Part shown: positions 13,401-23,965 of the stretch, one piece after another
Numbering within the stretch: position 1 is the first letter of the stretch
Layout of the letters: every line of letters begins with the position of its first letter
Source of the DNA: Sphyrna mokarran
Taxonomy: Eukaryota
Assembly: GCA_024679065.1 (NCBI GenBank)
Contig: JAGIQG010000016.1
Span: forward strand, 5,467,976 to 5,520,000
Direction of reading: 5' to 3'
Length of the DNA stretch: 52,025 nucleotides
Notes under the pieces: generated by a model
Seen by the model: only the letters and a program-made list of their open reading frames with translations
What the model was told of the DNA's origin: nothing
Databases searched by the model: none
Made by a program: the position numbers and the translations under genes

Positions 13401-16400
13401 AGTGTATCGCTCACTGGGTGGGATTAGGCTGATGTACAACAGATGTTACAGAGAAGCGCAGAGAAATTGTGACAAATAGCAGTTAGGATGGTTTGTTGTG
13501 TGAGATTCTGCGTCAGAAATCTTTGGGACAGATTTCCCTTTTGGGCGATAAGGGGAAACAGGTAATAGAAAATTGGTCTCCCATTGCGTCTTTGCTCATT
13601 GTCACATTCCCCCCAGCAGGGTCATCAACATTGCCTTCCTCCTTCTCTGGGTTTCTACAATCCTCTGACAATCCAATTTCAATAACATTCCCCTGTTCAA
13701 TCCTCCCTCTTTCTCTTTACCCTCACTCCCTCCATCAATTGTTGCCATGGCAACACTCTCAGATCTTCATTTCCAAACTCTACATTTAGTTGTCATGTTT
13801 TTCCTACGTGGGATACGGGCTGGGACAGCATTTAGCCCTCGTTGCCCTAGGTGCAGTTGAGAGTTAACCACATTGCAGTGGCTCTGGACCCACGTGAAGG
13901 TGAGAGGAGGTGAGGACAGCAGATTTCCTTCCCCAGTCAATCAGATGGGTTTTTTTTGACAATCAGCAAAGAGTAGATTCTTAATACCAGATCCTTAAAA
14001 CATTCAAACTCCACCACAGGCTGGAACTGAGGCAAGGGGAGTAAAATTCACCCACACCTGAAAATGACTTGCTTCACAGACTTGCCCCCAAACTTTTAGC
14101 TGGAAAAAGTAAACTTTTGGCAAACTTTATTCCAGCGGTGGGATTCGAACCCAAGGTCCCCAGAACGTTCATTGAGTTTCTGGATTAATTACCCAGCGAC
14201 AATATCACTGGGCCATCGCCTCCTCCGATTTCTGTTCAATTTTTTGAAAACCCTTTTGACTCCTCAACCCTACTCTTGATCTGACCCCCTTGTTTGTCTC
14301 TTTGTCATTCCGACTAATTTGAGGCATCCTCCACTGAAAGCTCATTTCAAAAGCTGTTCTTCACCCAACTTCACCCTTTGGAATCTGATTCTCAGCTCCG
14401 TGGAGTGCAACAATGTACTCCGATGATTGATTTAGACATGTCATTACCCTTATGCTGGTGCTGTTGGACTTACAGAGGTAACTCAGCTCACCTGGGTCAT
14501 TCCTCTGACCTTACCCCAATTGTTTTCATTTGACTTGATTTATTATTGTCACATGTATTGCGATACGGTAAGGAATATTGTTTCTTGGATGCTGTACAGA
14601 CAAAGCATAGCATTCAGAGAGAAGGAAAAGAAAGTAAAGAATGTAGAACTACTGTCACAGGTAAAGAAAGGTCAACTGAGTGCAAGCTAAGACATTCAAA
14701 AGTTTGATGGCAGCAGGGAAGAAGGTGGTCGATACGTGACTTCAGGCTTTTGTATACTTTTCCCAATGGAAAAAGGTGGGAGAAGGAATGCTCGGGGTGC
14801 GTGGGGTCCTTAATTATGCTGGCTGCTTTGCCGAGACAGCGGGAAGTGTAGACAGAGCCATTAGATGGGAGGCTGGCTTGAGTGATGGACTGGGCTTTGT
14901 TCAAGACCCTTTGTAGTTTCTTGCTATCTTGGGCAGAGCAGGAGCCCATACCAAGCTGTGATCCAAGCAGGAAGAATGCTTTCTGTGGTGTATCTGTAAA
15001 AATTGGTGAGAGTCACAGCTGATATGCCAAAGTTCCTTGGTCTTCTGACAAAGTAGCGGCATTGGTGGGCTTTCTTAACCATAGTGTCAGCATGGGGGAA
15101 CCAGAAAAGGTTGTTGGTGATCTGGACAGCATTGTGATTGTGGATGGAAGCTTGATCATTGACACAACACACATGGATTGTTCCTATCTCACTGCTTCCG
15201 ATCCTGATTATTCCATCACCATTTAAACCCAGAACATTTGTCCTTAACTCATTAACATCAATCTGCATCACTTATGCCCCATTATACACCCTTCCTGATG
15301 TCCCTTACCCATCCAGCCAGTGGTAGATACAAGCTGGAGGGGTGCAGAATGGGTTGGCTGCTCCATCTGGAGTTAACATTAATCGCCCAGATTTGGTCAC
15401 CAGGACATTTCTTCAATGCGCATTGTTGGTTTTTCCAAGGTTACCAGAAGAAGTGGAGACAAACACAAGCCAAGCATTCGTAAAGATCAGGATGAAAGGA
15501 AATGTGAGCTGTTTTGCCACCAACTCAATCGGGACAGGGAATAACACAATTGAGATAATATTTGAAGGCTCCAGTGAAGGTATTTATTAACGAATTGTAA
15601 TAGAAAGTGACTAATTCCTTTCATTTTGTTTATGGACGGACTGGTCATAGAGGCTATTCTACAACAAGATATCAGATTAGGTGATTGGAATGATGAGCTC
15701 ACTTTGAGATTGTGAGAGGCACTATAAAAATGCAATTTATTATTTCAGTGATGATTGATTCACAGTACAGACGGAGGCCATTTGGCCCATTGAGCCTGCA
15801 CAGACAGCAATCCCACCCAAGTCTAATCCCCGTAACCCCACATATTTAAATTCCTCGCTCCCCTAACACTAATGTGCGTTTATCAAGGTAAAAAGTCTCA
15901 CAACACCAGGTTAAAGTCCAACCAGTTTATTTGGTGGTGAACCCACAAACTTTCGGAAACACTGCTGCTTCGTCAAGCGTGTGGAAGGTCCACGCACTTC
16001 AGAACCTTCCACACACCGGATGAAGGGACAGTGATTCCGAAAGCTTGTGGGCTTATTATCAAATAAAATGGTTGGACTTGAACCCAGTGTTGTGAGACTT
16101 CTTACTGTGTTTACCCCAGTCCAATGCTGGCATCTTCACGTCACGGCTACCGATTTATCGCGGCCAGTCAACCTACCCTGCACATCTTCGGACCGCCGGA
16201 AGAAAACCACGCAGGAGCAAGGAGAAGATGCAAACTCCAGCTGAGGCTGGAATCAAAAACCTGGGAGCTGTGAGGCAGTAGTGCCAACCACTGTGCCATC
16301 CCGTGGTATATCGGACACCTCCCCGGGCCAGCAAAATGAGGTGTGCCCCCGTCACTGGGTAAAAACCCAGCCAACGAAAGGAAGGGGGTTGACATGAAAC

Positions 16401-19400
16401 ACAGCGGGGATTTATTGGATATCTCTATAGTGTTAATTATTTGTATGTTCACCTTATGCTACTGACATAGGACGCGAAATCATCATCCTCAGTGTGGTAG
16501 TGGCGGTGTTGCTGGTTATTCTTGCCACGATTCTCATCGTCTTCCTCATCAGGAGAAAACGTAAAGCAGTAGGTAAGTTCTCAGGGAATGAAAGGTGAAA
16601 TTAGACACCTGCACAGGTATCTCACCTGGACACAGGTATTCAATACTTCCGCCGTATCATCTTCCAACCTTCTGAGGTTACTGTCCACTCTGATCTCAAT
16701 TTTCTCCCAAAGAGTTGTTCCCTTTCATCATCTCCAATCCTGGGAATAGTCCATTGTCCAAGAATTTACGGAAGAACATAAGGACTAGGAGCAGAAGTAG
16801 GCCTCTGGCCCCCTCGAGCCTGCCCCGCCATTCAATAAGACCATGGCTGGTCTTTTTGTGGACTCGGCTCCACTTACCCGCCTGCTCACCATAACCCTTC
16901 ATTCCTTGACTTGTTCAAAAATGTATCTACCCTTGCCTTAAAAACATTCAAAGAGGTAGCCCCGACTGGGCAGAGAATTCCACAGATTCACAACCCTTTG
17001 CGTGAAGAAATTCGTCCTCAACTCAGTCCAAAATCTGCTCCCCTTTATTTTGTGGCCAATGCCCCCTAATTCGAGTTTCACCCACCAGTGGAAACAACTT
17101 CCCTGCTTCTATCTTGTCTATTCCCTTCATAATCTTATGTATTTCTATAAGGTCCTCAGGTTCTATCCCCATACCCCCATGCATTTACTCCAGCTAGCAC
17201 TCTTGACACTAAGGGATAATTTAGCATGGCAAATCCACCCAACCCACACATCTTTGGACTATGGGACGAGCACCCAGAGGAAACCCCCCTTAGACATGGT
17301 GAGAAGGTGCAAACTGCACACGCACGGTGACCCAAGCCAGGCATTGAACCCGGCTCCCTGGCACTGTGAGACATCCGTGCTAACCAACTGTGCCACTCAT
17401 CTTATGTGCCTTTACATCTCCCACTTCTACCTTTCACCAAATTCCTTTTCATCCTGTAATCTCTCAAATCACTTTAAGATTGTTGCATCCGCTGGCTACA
17501 TGTCCCTAAGTTCTGACGAAAGCAGTATCACCTGAAACATTTACTCCGTTTCTCTCTCCATCTCAGCTACCTGGTCTGTTGAGAATTCCTGGCATTTTCA
17601 GTTTATTAATTTCAGATTTCTGCCATTCCTGTGCTCTCCGTTAGAATCGGGGAGCTGGTTTACACCAGTGTCTTCCTTCAGCAAGGAGAGAAGCAAACTC
17701 GAATATATAATGACACAAATCTCCCATTTCATTCATTCAACAGGATCCTACGTCAACAGTTCATTCCTAAGGAAGAGAATCGAGCAGGTAATTGAACGCG
17801 CTGTGATTATTTGCATCATTTCAGCTTCCTACCAAACATTTCAGCCACACAATTGCGGGTCTGCGCCAAGTTGCACCCAAGAGATAGAAATTGCTGTTAG
17901 GGTTTAACTTCATCTGCTTCACGCTTTGGTGACAATGTTCATCAAGTTAGTGGTGTGGAAATCTGCAAAGATACTCTCCAATATCTCTGGGATATCGTTC
18001 TACCAAAAACTATTGATCCATCGGAGAAGGGCAAAGCTTTTCACCAAATATCATCAATACGAATTTAAGATCATTTGTCACAGATTCCCAGGGAATATTT
18101 TTTGCGTGTCACATTGTTTAGAGCTGGAAGTGTTCGCTGGAAAGGCGCTGGAAGCAAATTCCTGAGTAAATAAGAAGCATTGAAATGATCACTAGAAACA
18201 CGAAAGAATCCAAGCCTAGGGACCGAGAGCTATCACGTGTTGTGAGAATTGATTGATGTTCAATGATTACAGACCAACATGGGATGGGAATGGATAAGTG
18301 CTTGACGGGTGGCAGAGATACGATGGGCCGAAAGGCCTCTTTCATTGCTGTGAAGAACCATACCTGTGACCAATAGTTCAGAAGGAAGAGTGAGCAGAGT
18401 TATTTAGAAATAGCAGGGCAGTGAAACTAATTGGGGAGCTCTATCAAAGATCCTACAATCATGAGTTGCAGAATATACTTCAGAACAGCATGACTTTGTG
18501 ATTCTATGAATTATTCCCATTTACTGTTTGCCGTGCAGAGAAGCTGTGATCTCTTGGTTCATTGATTACACTGAGTTTCCCCCTCTTTCCCCCAGTTTAC
18601 ATCCACGCCTTGTGCCTTCTTGTTTACTCATTCATGGGACACGGGCATCACTGGCTGGGCACCATTTATTGCCCATCCCTAGTTGCCCCAGGGCAGTTGT
18701 GAGTCAACTACATTGCTGTCAATCTGGAGTCACACGTAGGACAGGCCTGATAAGAATAGTTGATTCACTTCCCTGGAGGACATTAGTGAACCAGATGGGA
18801 TTTTCCAGCAATCGGCAATGACTTCATGGTCATCAATAGATTCTTAATTCCAGATATTTTTTATTGAATTCAAATTACACCATCTGCTGTGGTGGGATTC
18901 GAACGTGACCCCAGAACGTTAGCTGAGTTTCTGGATTAATAGTCGAGCAATAATAACCATGAGTCCATCGCCTTGCCTTTCCCTTCCTGTCCAAGATAAC
19001 TTCTGACTGTCCTACCTTGAACTGTATCCAATTTCTGTTCCAGGATTCACCCGAGATGCCTGAAACATACATGGTAAGTGAAACATGGATATATTTTAAA
19101 TGAAACTTTATTTTGTTGAATCAACATGACTGGTTTACTAAAAATTACATGTGTGACACTTTCCCACAGAGTCTGAATTTAGGGGAACAATCGCTATACA
19201 GTGAATTACACAGGTACACCTCGTTCTATATCAATTCTCAGCCAATCCAGCCTCATCAGGTATATTTGTTTTCTTTCTGTCTCGGCACCTGTCTCGCTGT
19301 CTGTCTGTCAGTTTATCACTCTGACCTTCTGTTAGACTGTCTGTGACACAGTCAGTCAGTCCATCTGTCAATCAGTCTGTCAATAGTCTGTCTGCCTGTG

Positions 19401-20581
19401 TGGCTGTCTGTCAGACTGTCAGTTTCTCTGTCAGTCTGTCTATCTGTCAGCGTATCAGTCTGTCTATCTGTCTGTCTGTATGGCTGCCTGTCAGACTGTC
19501 TGCTTCTCTGTTAGTCTGTCTATCTGTCAGCGTATCAGTCTGTCAGTCAGTCTGCCTGTATGACTGTCTGTCAGACTGTCTGCTTCTCTGTTAGTCTGTC
19601 TATCTGTCAGCGTATCAGTCTGTCAGTCAGTCTGCCTGTATGACTGTCTGTCAGACTGTCTATTTCTCTGTCAGTCTGTCTATCTGCCAGCGTATCAGTC
19701 TGTCTGCCTGTATGGCTGTCTGTCAGACTGTCTGCTTCTCTGTTAGTCTGTCTATCTGTCAGCGTATCAGTCTGTCAGCCAGTCTGCCTGTACGACTGTC
19801 AGTCAGACTGTCTGCTTCTCTGTCAGCCTGTCTATCTGTCAGCGTATCAGTCTGTCAATCAGTCTGCCTGTCTTGGCAGTCTTATTGCCCAAGTCTCTGT
19901 CAGTAAAACTGACTGCCAGTCTGACAGTCTGTAAATGTATCAGCCTGTCTGTCAGTCTGACTGTGGGTGGCATGGTGACCCAGTGATTAGCATTGCTGCC
20001 TCACAGCGCCAGAGACCTGGTTTCAATTCCCGGCTTGGGTCACTGTCTGGATGAAGTCTGCACATTCTCCTCGTGTCTGCGTGGGTTTCCTCCAGGAGCT
20101 CCGGTTTCCTCCCACAGTCCAAAGATGTGCGGGTTAGGATGATTGGCAATGCTAAAGTGGCCCTTAGTGTCAGGGAGACTAACTCGGTTAATTGGGTTAT
20201 AGGGATAGGACCTGGATGGGATTGTGGATATTGCAGATTCAATGAACCAAATGGCCTCCTTCTGCACTGTAGGGTTCTATGATTCTATAATTCTAATCTG
20301 TCTGTTAACTAACCAGTTTATTTACACCAGTCAGTCTGTCATTCTGACCGCCAGTCTGCCTGTCAATACGAATGTCAGTCAGTAAGATATCTACCTGTCT
20401 CTATAACTAAGTCTCTCTAACATTCTCCTTCTCCTGAGGTTTTCCATTATCAATAAATATTAGACTCTTCTCTTTTACTTTATAAATACTGCTCCCAGAC
20501 ATCTAACATTCATTTATTTTTTTCAGACAAGGTGAACGCAGCACAAGAAAAAACACCGTTCATCCAGACCTGGGACAGTGA
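4063..20581 (+). CDS. Nectin/PVR(CD155)-like type I Ig receptor with cytoplasmic ITAM (receptor A); join(4063-4404,7530-7823,12231-12333,15440-15579,16471-16572,17744-17787,19044-19073,19170-19213,20527-20581), 5'-partial
   Basis: Nine exons with AG/GT ends and consistent phases (1,1,1,2,1,1,0,0,2) give about 384 aa without the leader: V-set, two C-type Ig domains, hydrophobic TM, RRKRK stop-transfer, and tail GSYVNSSFLRKRIEQ-DSPEMPETYM-SLNLGEQSLYSELHR-QGERSTRKNTVHPDLGQ*. The signal-peptide exon was not found (gap 3565-3916 or upstream). The last exon is less certain. Confidence 0.88.
5120..5500 (-). mobile_element. HE1-like V-SINE
   Basis: Reverse-complement V core and tRNA-like head. Confidence 0.82.
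5785..5995 (+). mobile_element. Rex1/Babar-like LINE fragment
   Basis: AQSIGQTGLPPVDSVHTSRSLGKAASITKDPLHP. Confidence 0.7.
6170..7050 (-). mobile_element. Degenerate CR1 endonuclease-region fragments
   Basis: ORF 6229-6465 contains DLVMCNEAGFINSLRVKGPRGKSDHNVEEF (APE-type SDH motif). Confidence 0.6.
7530..7823 (+). CDS. Receptor A exon: second Ig domain (nectin D2, C1/C2-set)
   Basis: Acceptor tcccccaag|, donor ctct|gtaagt, phase 1-1. Encodes VKPNN...VPVAKCVSAEGNPPAGIRW...GTTTVTSLYKMVPTRSTNGQEVTCVVSHP, typical of nectin D2 (AxCxSxxGxPPAxIxW, GTxTVxS, TCxVxH). Confidence 0.95.
7845..9620 (+). mobile_element. CR1-clade LINE ORF2 (RT) fragment, frameshifted, starting ~20 nt after the D2 exon donor
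   Basis: GNYRLVSLTSVVGKMLE, VDVVYLDLQKAFDKV, VPQGSVLG and RPHLENCVQFWSP across ORFs 8204-9271, followed by a CR1 tail. Confidence 0.95.
10595..11220 (+). mobile_element. CR1-clade LINE 3' end (young, intact C-terminal ORF)
   Basis: ORF 10656-11129 LYKTLVRPHLEYCVQFWSP...FFTQRVV, with a (gttctat)n tail. Confidence 0.93.
11310..12110. mobile_element. Cluster of three V-SINE pieces (two minus, one plus)
   Basis: V cores at ~11490-11550 and ~11700-11850 (minus) and ~11930-12110 (plus). Confidence 0.75.
12231..12333 (+). CDS. Receptor A exon: third Ig domain, N-terminal half
   Basis: Acceptor tttcccccatag|, donor gg|gtaaat. Encodes YPPIVTITHEHGSRSINLKCVAEANPPATTYSWQ (YPP...LxCxAxANPP..Y.W). Not in the ORF track. 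Confidence 0.92.
14530..15125 (-). mobile_element. Rex1/Babar-like LINE 3' fragment
   Basis: KKAHQCRYFVRR...LTNFYRYTTESILPAWITAWYG and KKLQRVL..AQSIT...ASIIKDPTHP..F.LFP.G, with an (aaatc)-type tail. Confidence 0.8.
15440..15579 (+). CDS. Receptor A exon: third Ig domain, C-terminal half
   Basis: Acceptor ggtttttccaag|, donor gaag|gtattt, phase 2-1. Encodes (G)LPEEVETNTSQAFVKIRMKGNVSCFATNSIGTGNNTIEIIFEGSSE (CxAxNxxG motif). Confidence 0.9.
15888..16150. mobile_element. Palindromic element made of two inverted Penelope-like 3' ends
   Basis: agtctcacaacaccaggttaaagtccaac...gttggacttgaacccagtgttgtgagact forms long inverted arms, each with a degenerate ctgatga..gaaa motif. Confidence 0.7.
16471..16572 (+). 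CDS. Receptor A exon: transmembrane segment
   Basis: Acceptor ctgacatag|, donor gtag|gtaagt. Encodes (G)REIIILSVVVAVLLVILATILIVFLIRRKRKAV. Confidence 0.93.
16775..17150 (-). mobile_element. CR1 LINE 3' end
   Basis: Reverse-complement match to the 3' region at 9290-9620. Confidence 0.85.
17165..17400 (-). mobile_element. HE1-like V-SINE
   Basis: gtgctaaccaactgtgccac head end and V core. Confidence 0.78.
17744..17787 (+). CDS. Receptor A cytoplasmic exon 1 (44 nt, YVN motif)
   Basis: ttcattcaacag| GSYVNSSFLRKRIEQ |gtaatt. Same length, phase and GSYVN start as the paralog exon at 47628-47671. Confidence 0.88.
19044..19073 (+). CDS. Receptor A cytoplasmic exon 2 (30 nt, first ITAM tyrosine)
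   Basis: tttctgttccag| DSPEMPETYM |gtaagt, phase 0-0. Confidence 0.9.
19170..19213 (+). CDS. Receptor A cytoplasmic exon 3 (44 nt, rest of ITAM)
   Basis: ctttcccacag| SLNLGEQSLYSELH(R) |gtacac, after a 96-nt intron. The paralog exon reads SLNLNEQSMYRQLH(R). Confidence 0.88.
19300..19960. repeat. GTCT/CTGT-derived minisatellite with ~80-bp higher-order unit
   Basis: Near-identical units start at ~19484, 19564 and 19644. Confidence 0.9.
19965..20290 (+). mobile_element. HE1-like V-SINE, full length
   Basis: A-box/B-box-like head, V core, tail ctgcactgtagggttctatgattcta. Confidence 0.88.
20527..20581 (+). CDS. Receptor A probable terminal coding exon
   Basis: Branch-like ctaac plus T-tract tttcag|. 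In phase 2 it reads (R)QGERSTRKNTVHPDLGQ*. AATAAA at 21543-21548 is a candidate poly(A) signal. Confidence 0.55.
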
Positions 20582-22229
20582 TCCATTCTCCTCTTGGTTC
20601 CAGCCCGTCAATATTACTGTATAAAGTCCCCTGAAGGTGCAAGGCTACAACACGGGGGTCAGGGACAGTTGCCACACCTCGAGCTTTGCTTACTGAGTGC
20701 TGCAGTAAATCTCTGTGCTGATAATCCAGATTGCCATCTGTCTAATGGGATCGCTCTGATACTTGCAACCGTATGTCGCTGTTTCTATTACCCGCATTTA
20801 CCAGTCAGAATCCACTGAGATTTCACGTATGGGTATTTAAAACTGGAAGTGCTGGATACTCTCAGCAGGTCTGGCAGCATTGCTGGAGAGAGAAACAGTT
20901 CACCTTTCGAGGCTCCTTCCTTACTATAATAATATATTTGTCGATGACACCTATTTAATTTCCATTCACCTATTTGCTTTCAATTCATTTTTAATTTTTA
21001 ATGTAATATCTCCCATCCCAGCCACATTCCCGCCAGCCCCCATTCATATCCTTGTTCGTAATTTAGCAGCAATATTTGAGTCACCGAGCAGGATGGATTG
21101 GAACAGTTTGTTTTATGATTATCGGAGCTGTTCTGCCTGCATGCAGCAGCGCTGTGTTGTTACTGCAGCAGTATAATTGACCCCGATTGCTGCAATGTTT
21201 GGTTTAATCTTCACAGTGATATTTTCAGCTGATTTGGAGGAGGCAGAAATGTTGCCTTGCATCCCCAATCCCCATTCATCTCCTGCCTGTGATTTTCCAA
21301 TGTTATTTTAATCAGGGCATAATAGCTTTGGATTGTGGACAACACCCCCCATTATCCGATGGGAGTTTTCCAATGGAGACCTTGTTCTCCGAAGACCCAT
21401 TCCCATATTGTCAGAAGGGTGTGCCACTCTTGTGTGACTGCAGTGACGGTGGGGGGGGGGGAGTTCTTTACATTGAAACCAATGATTCTCAGTGGAATCG
21501 CTTTAGTTTATTATTGCAATAACAGCAGTGGTGTATCATCTCAATAAATAACTCATTCGTGTTGAGTTATATTGACATCTTTTTGAGTAGCCAATTAATC
21601 ATTTCTAACATTGAAGATAGGAGCAGTTGTATCTAATTTGATGGGCCGAATGGCCTCCTTCTACACTGTAAGGTCTCTGTGAATTATTTGAAGTTCTAGT
21701 CCAAAAGCTTTATGGAGGTTGTAAGGTTTCCAGCCTCCCCTACCTTCCCAGGCAGTACATTCCAGATTCCCGCCACCCTCTGGAATATTTTCCTCAAGTC
21801 TCCTCTGAACCATTTGCCCCTTACCTTAAGACTATGGCTCCCCGTGATTAACCCCCCAACCGAGGGGAACCCTATTCAACTTTGTCCTCATAAACTTAGA
21901 CACCTCAATTATGTCCCCCACCCTCACAATTCTATGCGTAAAGGAGAGAATCTATGCCTATTCAGTGTGAGGCAATGAATTTCCAGCTACCAGCATCCTG
22001 CACCCATCTCCCCTCTACTCTTGCTTCAATTATCTACCCCCCCCCCACACTCTGCCACCCTCACATAATACATATATACATCCATATACCTCTATCTATT
22101 ATATACATCTATCAGTAGCTTCCGCATCCCTCCCTCCCCTGCCGCTCACAACCTCTTTTGCTCTTGATCGATTTCACGACCTTATCCAAAAGAAATATTT
22201 CCCTGTCAAAGTTTCACAATTCAACTCAA

Positions 22230-23010
22230 AGAACAAAGAACAGTGCAGCACAGGAACAGACCCTTCGGCCCTCCAAGCCAGCATGCTATCCCATCGTATT
22301 GCCGCCTGTATCCCTCTATTCCCCACCAGTGTCCATCGAGATAGATCTTAAATGTCATTAACGTATCTGCCTCAACCACCTCACTTGGCAGTGAGTTCTA
22401 GACCCCACCACCCTCTTCCCCCAGGTACATCTCCACTGAACATTTCCCCCTTACCTTGAACCTCTGCCCCCTTTGTAATTATCATTTCTGCCGTAGGAAA
22501 AAGCTTCCAACAATCCACCTTATCTACGCCCCTCATAATTTGATGAATTTCTGTCAGGTCGCCCCTCAGTCTCCCTCTTTCCGGGGAGAGCAATCCCAGT
22601 TTATTCAATTTCATGTAGAATCTCCACAGTGCAGATGAAGGCTATTCGGCCCATTGAGTCTGCACTGACCACAATCCCATCCGGGTCCTATTTCCATAAC
22701 CCCGCACATTTACCTTGTTAATCTCTTGACGCTAAGGGGCAAATTAGCACGGCCAATCAACCTAACTTGTGCATCTTCGGAGTGTGGGATGAAGCAGGAG
22801 CACCCAGAAGAAACCCACGCAGACACGGGGAGAATGTGCAGACACACAGACAGTGACCCGAGGCCGGGATTGAACCTAGGTCCCCGGTGCTGTGCTAACC
22901 ACTGTGCCACCATGCCTCCCCACCGTGCCGTCCTCATAGTGAATACCCTCCATACCAGGCAACATCCTGGCAAAGTTTTTCTGCACTTCCTCCAAAGTCT
23001 CCATGTTCTG
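22230..23010 (-). mobile_element. CR1 3' fragment interrupted by an HE1-like SINE (~22617-22928)
   Basis: ORF 22381-22614 LGLLSPERGRLRGDL. LINE sequence resumes after the SINE. Confidence 0.8.
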
Positions 23011-23374
23011 GTGAATCAGCACTGTCCCTTCTACAGAGGCCAATGCACCCATCCTGAGGGACAGTACCCAGAACTAAAGGCGGTTCCTCCATTTTAGGCA
23101 TGCATAAGACTATACCAAAATGAAGCCACATCTCTGTGCCCCAAACACATTGAGACCAAAGTCAATATTCCATTGAATATCTTGATTCGATTTTATACCC
23201 ACAAACACAGACTGTGGATTTGGATTGCAATGACTGTAAGCCAGAGGTGGAGTAAAAGAGGAGGTCCATTGAGCCTTTCTGCCACTTGGTTCACTGTCTA
23301 CGCGGAGTTTGCACATTCTCCCTGTGTCTGTGTGGGTTGCCTCAGGATGCTCCGATTTCCTCTCATGGTTCAAA

Positions 23375-23965
23375 GATATAAAGGTGAGGTGGATTGGCCA
23401 TGCTAAATTGCCCCTAAGTGTCCAAAGATAAGCCGATTAGGTGAATTGGTCATGGTAAATTGCCCCTTAGTGTCCAAAAGTAAGCAGGTTAGGTGCATTG
23501 GCCATGCTAAATTGACCCTTAGTGTCCAAAGATGTGCAGGTTAGCTGGATTGGCCATGCTAAATTGCCCCTTAGCGCTCAAAGATAAGCAGATTAGGTAG
23601 ATTGGCCGTGCTAAATTGCCTCTTAGTGTCACAAAATGAGCAGGTACAGTGGATTGGCCCATGTTAAAATGTGGCTTCATGTCCAAAGATGTGTAGACTG
23701 GGGGGGGCTTAGCCATGCTAAATTGCCCCTCAGTGTCCAAAACTATGTAGCTTAGGCAGAATTTTCAAAGTAATTGCCCTTTAGGGTTCAAAAATGTGTA
23801 GTTTAGATTGATTGGAAATGCTAAATCACCCCTTAATATCCAAAAATGTGCAAGTTGGGTGGATTGGTCATGCTAAATTGACCCTTAGTGTCCAAAGATA
23901 TGTAATTTATATGTATTAGACTTGCTAAATTGCCCCTTCATGGCAAAAGAGGTGCAGGTTAGTGA
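23375..23965 (+). repeat. 52-bp tandem array (~11 copies) amplified from inside an HE1-like SINE (host ~23285-24105)
   Basis: Unit like ggattggccatgctaaattgccccttagtgtccaaagatgtgcaggttaggt, recurring at 23391, 23443, 23495 and onward. Confidence 0.9.

Noticed and set aside
17645-17743. Upstream in-frame acceptor extending cytoplasmic exon 1
   Set aside because: The paralog supports the 44-nt exon starting at GSYVN, and the extension looks repeat-like.
19191-19208. SLYSEL read as a stand-alone ITIM
   Set aside because: It fits S-x-Y-x-x-L, but in both paralogs it lies exactly 7 residues after another YxxL, so ITAM is the better reading. An inhibitory mode is not excluded.
19343-19906. Cys/Ser/Val-rich ORFs
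   Set aside because: Translations of the GTCT minisatellite.
19965-20040. tRNA genes
   Set aside because: The A/B-box-like sequences are SINE heads and do not form a complete cloverleaf.
23375-23965. CRISPR-like regular repeats (also 44325-45515)
   Set aside because: Head-to-tail units without unique spacers, eukaryotic context, and TE-derived.
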